Below, piece after piece: positions 25,446-35,700 of a stretch of 64,000 nucleotides of DNA. The stretch lies in the NCBI RefSeq assembly GCF_032191835.1, contig NC_083227.1:105896001-105960000 (forward strand), given 5' to 3'. The number at the start of each line of letters is the position of its first letter. Positions within the stretch are counted from its first letter, which is position 1. The translations under genes were made by a program, and so were the position numbers. The DNA comes from Heteronotia binoei. Lineage: Eukaryota. The notes beneath the pieces were generated by a model, which did not search any database, had not been told where the DNA came from, and was given only the letters and a program-made list of their open reading frames with translations.

Positions 25446-25952
25446 TGATGGGGAAATTACCTAAGAGACTTGGTAGAGCGAATTAGGAGCGAAGATCTTT
25501 GCTTTCCATAATATGGAGTTCAGGTTTTCAGCCAAGAATAGACCAAGCAATTGTATCTTTTATAGTGTTTACTTAGAGTATGTATCAAGAGGATTTATAC
25601 ACACATAGATGTTGTACAAGCATTCAAGAGTCTAAGAAAAATAGAGGTTATCGATAGCGGAATTCAAGGGTCGTTGAAGCAGGTTATTCACCTGATCCAG
25701 AAGAGGAGACGTCTGTCCAAAGGAAAAATACACGGAGAGGAACATGAACGACCAGCATAACACGCTCTATAGACCCAATTACAGGAGTAACGGGTGGTAC
25801 AGACTGCAAATGGCGTCCTACAGAATGCACACCGAGGTGGGGTTCTGACCCACACTTTATAGGGGTACGACGGATGGGGGTTGGTAGTTACCAAAGGGGC
25901 TTTGATGTTTCATAGATGGCTATCTTGGATCTCTATGTTGGGAAACTTCGCA
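25446..25952 (-). mobile_element. Probable solo LTR
   Basis: TG...CA ends; 5-bp TSD TATTT/CATTT (4/5); on the minus strand CCCTATAAA then AGTAAA. Confidence 0.5.
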
Positions 25953-26449
25953 CATTTCGCTAGGATGATAAGCTTGGAGGGGCTGCATAATTTGTTACTG
26001 GGTTTTGTCTGACACTTGGAAAAGGGATCAAGGATTTTAATAGTAGGATCAATCAAATTATGCATTTGATTGGATTTAGCAAGGTAGAGGTGATAGACTG
26101 GAGGAAAAGACTTTTGGCAAGTTCCAGAAGATCAGAGTGAGAGTACTACTTACCTGCAGTTCCCATGTCATTATGCATCCTGTTTGGGCGGGGATGCTGG
26201 AGGGGGAAATGGGTGAGATTGTGCTGAGATACAGACTGCAGGCGCCAACCAAACCGAGCTCTCTACTGGGTCCACTCCACCAGTTTAGATGGAGTGTTGT
26301 CTGGGCCTGTATTTGGTCAGACTCCGTTTTGTTTACCAAGAATAGGAGACCCTCTCTCTTTATTTGCACTGGGATGCAGCGCCTTTCAGTAACACGTGGC
26401 TGGTTAAGCTTCCAAATTACAGAAACCATGGCTTGGAATAGCAATATTG

Positions 26450-27560
26450 GAATAGCAATCGAGCAAACAAAAAATTTTAAATACTTGGGGATCACTTTTA
26501 ACCACAAGTTAAGCTGGGTTTCACATCGTAACAACACCATCAACTTGGCTAAGTGTTCAGCTGCTCAAATTAAACAGTTTTTCTTTGCAAAGGGCAACCA
26601 ATTAGTTCCAGCAGCTATTAAAGTATTCAAAGCCAAAACGCTTGCCCAAATCCTCTATGGTATCCCTATATGGATCTCAGCTTTTACCAGGAAAGTGGAG
26701 GGCATTCAAGCCTCATTCTTTAGACAAATTCTTGGTTTGCCAAAATGTGTGTCCTACTTTGCTCTCTGCTCTGAAGTGGGTCAGTCTTTGGTGGAGACAA
26801 AAGCCTGGATTGCAGTGTTTAAATTCTGGCTCAAAATTCATTTTAGAACAGATCCCAACAGCCTTCTTGATTGTATGAAAAGAGACCCATATATTTCGTC
26901 CTGGACAGCAGTGCTTCTGTCTAAACTCAATCAATTGGGGTTAGAGGTAGATGATTTTTCTACCTCTGAAGAGTCATATATCTTCAGATGTATTAAACTG
27001 AGACTGTGGGAATTGGAGGAAACGAAATTACGGCCAACTCTCCCTTATATTTGCTCTCCAGCTTCCTTAGGTCTTTATGCTTTTTGTGGCAAAATGCCCA
27101 ATTATCTATCAGACCTAACCACTCCAAGTCATCGCAGGGCATTTATGTTGGCCAGACTAAACGCGTTTCCCTCCAAAGTTTTACAAGGGAGATATCAGCG
27201 AGTCCCTTTAGCCGACAGACTTTGCTCCTGTGGAGCGAATACCCCTGACTCAATCCAGCATATATTGCTTGATTGTTCTTTTTACCATAACCTCCGTAAA
27301 GATTTATTTGGCAAGCTTTCTTTTTCTCCAGATTTGTCTATTCTGCCACCCTGTTATTATTTATTGAGTGATACTGAGGGGGTGGTTAGTGAGGCTGTGG
27401 CAAAATTTCTGGCTGACATCCTTAAATTTAATTCTGAGCATGTTTGAATGTATCTGTAAGCTCGGTTTTATTTTGATTTTATCTCCAATGTTTAAATTTT
27501 TATATTCTGTGTATTTTTATCTGAATCTATTATGCCATTAAAGGTTTGGTATGGTATGGT
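26450..27560 (+). mobile_element. 5'-truncated young non-LTR retrotransposon (RTE-X-like; RT thumb plus C-terminal CCHC zinc knuckle)
   Basis: IEQTKNFKYLGI, KAKTLAQILYG, IQASFFRQILGLP, RLCSCG...HILLDC; 332 uninterrupted codons to TGA at 27445-27447; (GGTAT)n tail; 7-bp TSD AATATTG (26443-26449, 27561-27567). Clade assignment is tentative. Confidence 0.85.
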
Positions 27561-27571
27561 AATATTGTTGT

Positions 27572-27586
27572 GGTTGCCTAGCAACC
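27572..27586. promoter_or_regulatory. RFX X-box-like palindrome GGTTGCCTAGCAACC
   Basis: Matches the GTYNCC-N-RGYAAC consensus; motif only, no functional evidence. Confidence 0.3.
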
Positions 27587-27678
27587 TTTGTGGCCATATG
27601 GCAAGCCTAAATGGATATAACCCTATGATGTGACAAACAGCATTGTTAGATTGATGTTTTCTGCAGTAAACTCTACAG

Positions 27679-28021
27679 CAGGGGTCCTCAAACTTTTTAA
27701 ATAGGGGGGCAGTTCACTGTCCCTCAGTCTGTTGGAGGGCCGGACTGCCGTTACTGTACAAGGCCGCGGGCCATCAGTTCTCCGTCTTCTGCATCTCTCT
27801 CCCTTCCCCACACCACACACCGCGGCCTGGGAACTCACCTCACCTCGGTATCACCTCACACCCTGTCTCCGCCACCTCAGCCCAGTGCCAGAAGTGTGCA
27901 TTGCTAACGCGAGTTTAGGTTGAACGTCACTTCCGGTCTGATTTTGCCATAACCCGGCGGGCCGCATAAACGTCCTCAGCGGGCCGCATCTGGCCCGCGG
28001 GCCGTAGTTTGAGGACCCCTG
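27679..28021. mobile_element. hAT-Charlie MITE with OC1/OposCharlie1-like termini
   Basis: Perfect 16-bp TIR CAGGGGTCCTCAAACT; perfect 8-bp TSD CTCTACAG; GGCCCGCGGGCC subterminal motifs; CpGs intact. Confidence 0.9.
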
Positions 28022-28202
28022 CTCTACAGTATGGGGGTGGGGGGTAAAATATATATGCATCTTTAAACACTGGGAAATCTGAGCCAGTCCTGTGTCCCAG
28101 AAGTATGTATCCTAGTGTTCAGAGATTCATATCCTCTATTGATCAAGTAGGCATTTTTTTCTTAAAGTTACAGGTGTTTCTATTATTTTGGGGGGTTTTA
28201 CT

Positions 28203-28412
28203 GGGTTCAGGTAGCCGGCTCAAGGTTGACTCAGCCTTTCATCCTTCCGAGGTCAGTAAAATGAGTACCCAGCTTGCTGGGGGTAAAGTGTAGATAACTG
28301 GGGAAGGCAATGGCAAACCACCCCGTAAAAAGTCTGCCATGAAAACATCATGATACGACATCATTCCAGAGTCGGAAATGACTGGTGCTTGCACGGGGGA
28401 CTACCTTTACCT
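28203..28412 (+). mobile_element. Sauria/Squam1-type SINE (5'-truncated)
   Basis: Ends GGGGACTACCTTTACCTTTT; same body as 23471 and 53699. Confidence 0.85.
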
Positions 28413-29612
28413 TTTTTACTCCCCGGGGGATTGTTGTTGTTGTTGTTGTTTGGGGGGGGGGGTGTTTCTTCAAACCTGGGACTTCCCTTAGGCTTGCAGA
28501 AATATTCTCCCATCTTTCATGTTTCATTTATTTCTGCAAGCCTGGGACTTTCCTCAGGCTTGATGAACTCCCTGCCTCATCTTTCTTTAGCTCTGCTTTA
28601 AAGATATCCTCTATGACATGGCTTGGAAATAGATATATGATGCCTCACTACAGAGATGAAGGAGCAGCATTTATTTCACATTGTGTATGGTTGACTATAT
28701 AACCTTCCATAATTTAAACTTGGCTGTAGGCATCACACCTAATACAACAATAAGGGTTTTCTTTTCTTTCTACTTAGCCAAAGAAAAGAGTTGTGTAGTC
28801 TACCTCATATACCCACCTGATCTCCCCAATAAATATCTGGCACCCTGTTGAGATCCCTTCAGCACCTGAGAAGTTGCAAGTTGGGACATGTGGTGGAAAA
28901 CAAGTTTAGCAATGGCATGATATATATGGAATGATTTCCCCAGGGAACTCTGCTTGTGTTCATTGTTGTTGCTTTACACTATTATCCTATGCAGAGTTAT
29001 TCATCTAAACCCATTGGCTTTTCCCCACAGCTGAACCACAAAGTAGCTTTACACCATAGCTCAAGTGGGTAAAGGGAATGAGAGGACCACAGAAGGGCCC
29101 AACATTATTGTTGTTGTGTGAGAGGGATGCAAGGTGGCAACAAGCACAGTGGGGGGATGAGACATAAGGACACCATCCCTGCCAGCTTCCACAGAACTTG
29201 ATGTAAGTGTCAGATGTGTGTTTGTTTATCTACCTTATTTATAATTTCCTTTTCTCACTGAGACTCAAGGCAGATTTCTGGATATAAGACAGTGCAGTCA
29301 AATAACATAAGAAATCAGAGATGGTAGATTAATTGTGATGCCATGTATACCCCACGCTTCACATGTGCTTGTTGCCAGTATAATTCTAGATCAGAAATGT
29401 ACAATGCATCTTAACAATGTCCATTTGGGAATGAAAAGGAATTGGAACAACACACAAGTGAGCTCCATTCAGTAGTACCAGTAGGCATGTGCCTGTTAAG
29501 GATTCCCCCCCCCCATTTGTTTTTTAGGTGGTAAGTGAATTTTCCTGACAACAACTACTCCTATGAGGAAGACTTTCTCACTGAAACAAGAACAATTTGC
29601 AACATAAAGGGG

Positions 29613-29748
29613 ATGATCAGCTTGATTTTCTGCAGATGCTGCTGCTTGGCAACCAACAAAGCCCTAGCAGTTGGGCTTGTTCTGCTGGCTGTTGAGAACT
29701 GTACTACCTTGAAGCAGGGAGTTCCCCGTCTCCGCCTCTCATATAAAG
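29613..29748 (+). CDS. SEMA3D-like coding exon 1 (signal peptide; [11 protein letters not shown]...VPRLRLSYK)
   Basis: ATG at 29613 with an in-frame upstream TAA at 29532; hydrophobic [11 protein letters not shown]; PRLRLSYK motif; donor G|GTAGGA, phase 1. A candidate acceptor TTTTTAG ends at 29527. Confidence 0.88.
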
Positions 29749-32700
29749 GTAGGACAGTTTCCCGTGTCACTTCCAGGTAGATATCTAGGATCCAAGCCCA
29801 GACCAGTAGCACAGATAATCAATATTTGTTAAAAAAAAAAAAAACTGAGGCAGAAGCAGGCTTCATACTTGACCTAGAAGTTTCCCCGGCACACCTTCTC
29901 TTTGTAATGTTCACTTATCCCAAGACCTCATCCTTTGACCCCTGCTAAATTAAGCCTCTCAGACTACATCAGGTATTTAAGCAGAAGCATTCATTCATGT
30001 CACGTTCAATAAAGCCTGAACAGTAAATCTGACTCTTCATCCCCTTCCTGCCCACATTTTGTACATTCTGATCTCAACTGACTTGCAGCTGAACTCAAAT
30101 CTTTGCCAGATAACCACAATATATATACAGTTGTAACTTGTTCGTTGTGATCCAGATGTTTTCTGAGAAGTACTTCTGTTGGAGGGATTTTGCAAATTTC
30201 AATATTCTGTCATTGACAATAAAGAATATTCTGCCAACACCATCCAGATAATACATGTGTTTGTTTATTCTGATTAATTGTCCTGCACCTTTCATTAAAA
30301 TCTCAAGGCTGCTACCATCTTTCAAAAACCACTACAAGGAGAATAGCAGTATAATAAATGAATAACGCAATGAAAGAAACCAGGGGAAATTAAAGTAAAA
30401 AAGGCAGAAGCGCATAATAAAAAAGCAAGAAGTTCGAAAAATTAAAAACCAGATTTTTGGGTTTTTTGGGCAAATGCTCTCTGAAATCAACTGGAGCCTA
30501 AATGCTATTACAGAGAGAGCCAGGTGGGTCTATCTAAAAAGCAAGGTTTGGTGCCCCTGATGAAAAAGTGCACCTGACATAGTGGAAGCACATTTGGCAG
30601 GGTATCTGTAGAAGATGGTAAACTAGGAGTGCCAGCCCTGGGTTGGAAAATATCTGGAGACTCTGGGGCAGGGTTTGTGGAAGGGGGGGGGGACTGCATT
30701 AGAGTATGTGTCACAGAGTCTATCTTCCAATGCAGCCACTTTCTCCATTGGAACTGATCTTGATCCTCTGGAGATCTGTAGTAATAGAAGGAGATCTCCA
30801 GATGCCACCTGAAGACTGACAACCCTATTCTAAACTCTGGGTATTTATGTAGGAAAAGACAACCCTTGATATATGCTGGACGGTGTGAACTGGGCTTAGA
30901 AATTAGTAGGAAACCAGAATAGATGGTGTGATCTTACATGATGTGATCCAGGCAGTGAGTATTTTGAACCAATTGCAAACTCTGATTGCTTTTCAATTGA
31001 ATTGTGCATAGCATTTAAAACCACTTAAATTTCACAGATATTAACTGTGACCCTAATCTCCTTAAAAAAGGTCCTCCTGAACATTCTGTTTTACGTATCC
31101 TGATGATAAAAACTTGGGGACCTTCCTGGCCTCATCAGGCAGAGGCAGGCCATTCCACCAAGAAAAGACTTGGGTGTGAGCAACCTTTTGCAGGGTGGCA
31201 CCTTCATAGGGTTGCCAGCTCTGTGTTGGAAAAGAGCTGGAGACTTTGGGGGTGGATCTGGGAGGGGGTGGGTTTTGGGGAGGGCAGGGGCCTCAGAATG
31301 GTACAATGCCATAGAGTCCACCTTTCAAAGCAGCCATTTTCTCCAGGGGAAGTGATCCCTGACAGCTGAAGATCAGTTGTAAAAGTGGGAGCTCTCCAGG
31401 CCCCACCTGGAGACTGGCAACCCCACACCTTCAGAAGGCTTTGCTCAGATGAATGAAGGTATTATAATGGAACACATTAGGAGAGGTGGTTCTGCAAATA
31501 TGTGGATCCTAGGCTATGAAGAGATTTGTTAGTAATAACCAGTACCACAGACTGAATCAGGAAATAAATCTTTAACCAATGGAGCAACTACAGAACTAGA
31601 TAAATGTTGCCATTTTAGATCAGATTTATATCCACCTATTCATATGCATAGCAACTGACCTGATCTTCCTACATAACCAGCACAAGGGCATTGTTGACAG
31701 ACTGCTGCATATATCATGCTCCAGGATCAGCAGCAAATGAGCCCTGGATAGTATGTCTAATGTGGTTAGGTCACTGCGTATGATCATTGTGCTTATCTGT
31801 GTACCTTTCAGTTTTGCATGGAAATGTCTCTTACAAACCAGGCCTTTTAGCTCACCTTTTCCATACTCCTCTCTGTCTGTACAAATATTGCTGAGAATTC
31901 ATTGTGTGCCTTTGATGGTGGGCTCAAGACCATGAAAGCTACCGCCACAATAAACTTTTTAGTTAAGGAGTTACAGAACTCTTCCTTTGTTCTTAGGCTC
32001 TGTAATGCTTGACTGGATATGAGGACAGGGTTGGCATCTGGAATTGTGGCTGCAAGGTCTCACTCCCCAGGCTAATGTTTCTGCTAGTTAATCAATTGTG
32101 GCTGGTGAGAAATTTATTTGTTTTGGGGACTATCTATAAGCAATCTGTCCAGGATGAACCGTAACAGTGCATCCTAAGCCCAATTGCACCCTTTAAGCTC
32201 ACTGAAGTTAATGGGCTTGGAAGGGTGTAACTGTGTTTAGGATTGCACTGTAACTCATTAATGCAACGTTGGACTAGTTTTAGCTGGGAGCTGTAAGTGG
32301 AGACTAGTGATAATCTGTCACTTTCTCTTTTGGGAGCAAGTACTCTGTTCCTGAGAACCCATCTGACCTTGACAGTTTGTTTTTTTCACTTTGTTGGGTG
32401 GATATTGCAATTTTAATATCTCTGAAGTGTTGCTTCCCCCCCCACCACCCCGACAGAGACAAGGCCAACGTGATAATAGCCCACAAAATAAAATTAATTG
32501 ATTTGGCTAGTTTTGAAACACTAGCAGCTGAGAATCTGTGACAGGACAGAAACAAAGCTGGATTCCCTGCTTCAAAGTTTATTGTGCGCTAGGACCAGGC
32601 ATGCTACAAACTCTTTATCTAAAAGGAAGTTCCCAGCCTGAGAGGACCAAGAGGCAATGCAAACAATGGCAGGAGGTGTGACTCACAGACATCACGCCAA

Positions 32701-35700
32701 GTTCAAGGCACGAGGGTGACGGGTTTACACTAGAAAAGCCCACAGAGACACTCTCCACCCTGGGACTAGAATAGAAGTGGGAGAGAGAAAGAAACAGATG
32801 GGCCCGCCAAAAGGAAATGAGAAAACCCAACACAGGGAGTGCAAAGGAAAGATGTGCTTGAGAGAATAAGGCCAAGAACAATAGAACACCACAGCAACAG
32901 AATGGTAGCTTTCATAGTGGTGATTGTCAGTGGGGAGTGGCAGGGACACATATGGGGAAAGATTCACATTGCAGACAGGAGGGATGCACTTTCTCTGCTC
33001 CCACAAGGCAGCCAGCATTTACTATGTCTTTTTTTGAAGGAAAAAAAAAATACCCTATACACTCTCCCTATTTGGTACCCACATTATCTAACAATATAAA
33101 AATAATACAATAGCAATAAACAATGCCAATAAACATGAATAAGAAATCTAAAGCAGCAGCAAACAGTAAATCAACAAAAATCTTGAAACAATAGTGAAAC
33201 CAGCAGAATAGTGATCCAATAATGAAGATAAAGAGGGCCAGCAACATCACTTAAAAGCAGAACATCAGGTTCTTAAGAAAAGAACCAGGAGATCAGTGTT
33301 ATTATTTTTGGTTTGAAGATATGAACATAGGAAGCTGCCTTATACTGAATTAGACCCTTGGCTCATCAAAGTCCGTACTGTCTACTCAGACTGGCGGTGG
33401 CTTACTTGCCTGGACCCTTTTTAGTTGGAGATGCTGAGGACTGAACCTGACCTTCTGCTTATCAAGCAGATGCTCTACCACTGAGCCACTGTCCCATTTT
33501 TTTTCTTTGAAACTATTTTTAATTGTTTCCCTTACAAAAGATTCTGTATAACTTAGAAGCTTGCTTCCAGAAGCTTGAGCATATTAGTTCAAAGATAATT
33601 GTAATAGTTCATGTCACTTGCATTCTTTCTCACATATACACAAACAGACATGCACAAACATTTTTAATTCCCTTTCAATTGCTGCTGAGTATCACCCATC
33701 AGCTAGACTTTTCCAAATCTATTAGACAAAAGGAAATATCTTCTGTTGGCTCTGTTACATCACATCATCTCCAACCCAATACATTTTGGCTCTCCACTTC
33801 TGATTTAATTGGTACAGTTGTGAAAATTCAAATTATATTAATAACAAAATTTAAACCCCCAAGCCAGAAAATGTGAGAGGAAGGAGTACATATGGGGGAG
33901 GAATTTGGGAAACCTCTTACCATGACTAAAGTGCAGTGAAATTAAATACCACAGGACTGTTCACCCAGACCGACATCTAGTCTGTGCTTTGTTGAGCAAA
34001 GCAAATTGCAAATTGAACTCAGAACAACTATTGCTACTTTATAACAAGTACAGTGGTTAAATATACAGAAGTATCATGCTGATAATAATTTATCCAGGAA
34101 AAAAAATAGAATATTTGCATCAAACAATATTAAATTACCAACCAGACCAGTCTGACCTTTCCACATATGTGGGTGAGGAGGAGGAGAAGAAAATGAAATA
34201 GGAGTTTCTGTATTATTTGAGCAACATAAAGACTGCTTGGTCTGGGGGACTCCTGGTGCTGTAATCTTATTAGAGGAAAAAAAAAGGTGAGGACTAGTTA
34301 CACCTTTGACCCCTTAAACTTCACGCAGCATTGTCTGATCCCAAACAACATTCTTAATAGGTTTGGTCTAGACCTGTATTTGAAGTTTAGTGCAGATAGA
34401 ACACCTGTGTACCATTTTGTCTTTTAATACTTCATATCTTTAAGACATGAAGTGTAGAAGTAGGAGGACACTCTGAGAATGGGAGAGAAAAGCCAAACTT
34501 CACTTTTAACTTGGTGAGGGTGACTGGAAATCCATTCAGACCTTTGGAAAGCCTTCCAGTGTGTTTTTGACAAATGCTGGATATTGCAGAATGTAACATT
34601 TAAGCAGGAGAGGACTGGAAGGAAGCAGGCAGAGTTACAAAGAGGAATTTGGCACCCTGAATGGCAGATGGTATAGTATGTTGTGTATTTTTTCCCCCTG
34701 GCTGACTTTAGTTCTCTGCTTTTTGCTGTTTATTTTCTGCAGTCATTTGTATTGTTATACACACACACACTGTAAGGCTTTTATATGCAAATTATATGGC
34801 ACATTTTTTATATGTGTAATGTATAAAACTAATTTACTGAGTTACAAATCACATTGAAGAATGCATATATTTATGGAGCAAATTCCAGCGTAAGGAAATT
34901 GAAAAGATGTTAACAGAAAGAATCATGGATTTGATTTACATAAGGGAAAAGCAGGGGGAAAAACCAATTTGGAGGTTGAAACAGCAGGGATGGGAAATTC
35001 GAAACCATCCCTAACAGAGGCTTTCACTTGGAAATCAAATTATGGCAGATTGCATTTGGCGATCTAAATAGTCAGCAGAGTTTTGCATTTGGCAACCCTG
35101 TCCTGATCATAGGAGCAACTCCCCATTCCTGCTCATAGTTCTCGCACTACTTCGTTTACTTTAATTATACCTTACTTTTCTCCCATAGGGGATCTAGATG
35201 AAAGATGTGTGTGTAATATTTGTTCATGTCTTGCAGCTCTCAAACATAGGACATTTATTTCACGTGGCTCTTACGTAAAGCAAGTTTGCTAGGGCCTAGC
35301 TGTAGATTATGTTTTCTCGCATATCATCCCTGGGCCCACATGATCAAGGGTGTATTGTGAATTCTAGGCTTGGAGCTTAATCCCAGGCATGTGCAGGCCC
35401 AATTCAGATCAGGGTCCTAGGGTTGCCAATCTCCAGGCGAGACCTGGAGATGTTTTTACAACTGATCTCCAGGACTACAGAAATCAGTTCCCCGGGATAA
35501 AAATGGTTGCATGCGGTGTGTGTGAACTCTATGGTCTCTCCTCCCTCCCAAACCCAACCCTCCACAGGTTCCATGCCCTAAATCGCCAGGTATTTTCCAA
35601 CCCTAGGCCTTGGAGAGAGGGGGCATCAATCTTCCCCTCAGGCAACTTGAAATGGCTTCAAGGTAGGCTTCCCAATCCCCAGGTCCCAGCGGGGGATCCC

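Noticed and set aside
26137-27447. 436-aa ORF as a host protein-coding gene
   Set aside because: Codons from 26449 onward belong to a 5'-truncated LINE (RT thumb, CCHC knuckle, tail repeat, TSD). The upstream part has no recognisable homology.
29535-29780. ORF-track start at GTG 29535 and read-through to 29780
   Set aside because: Eukaryotic gene: the first in-frame ATG is 29613, and the exon ends at the donor after 29748.
29827-30056. Short sense LTR in intron 1 (TATTTAA, AATAAA, TG...CA)
   Set aside because: TSD only 3/4 in T-rich context; insufficient evidence.
32537-32968. Solo LTR (TGTGA...TCACA, minus-strand AATAAA)
   Set aside because: No matching TSD; boundaries cannot be supported.
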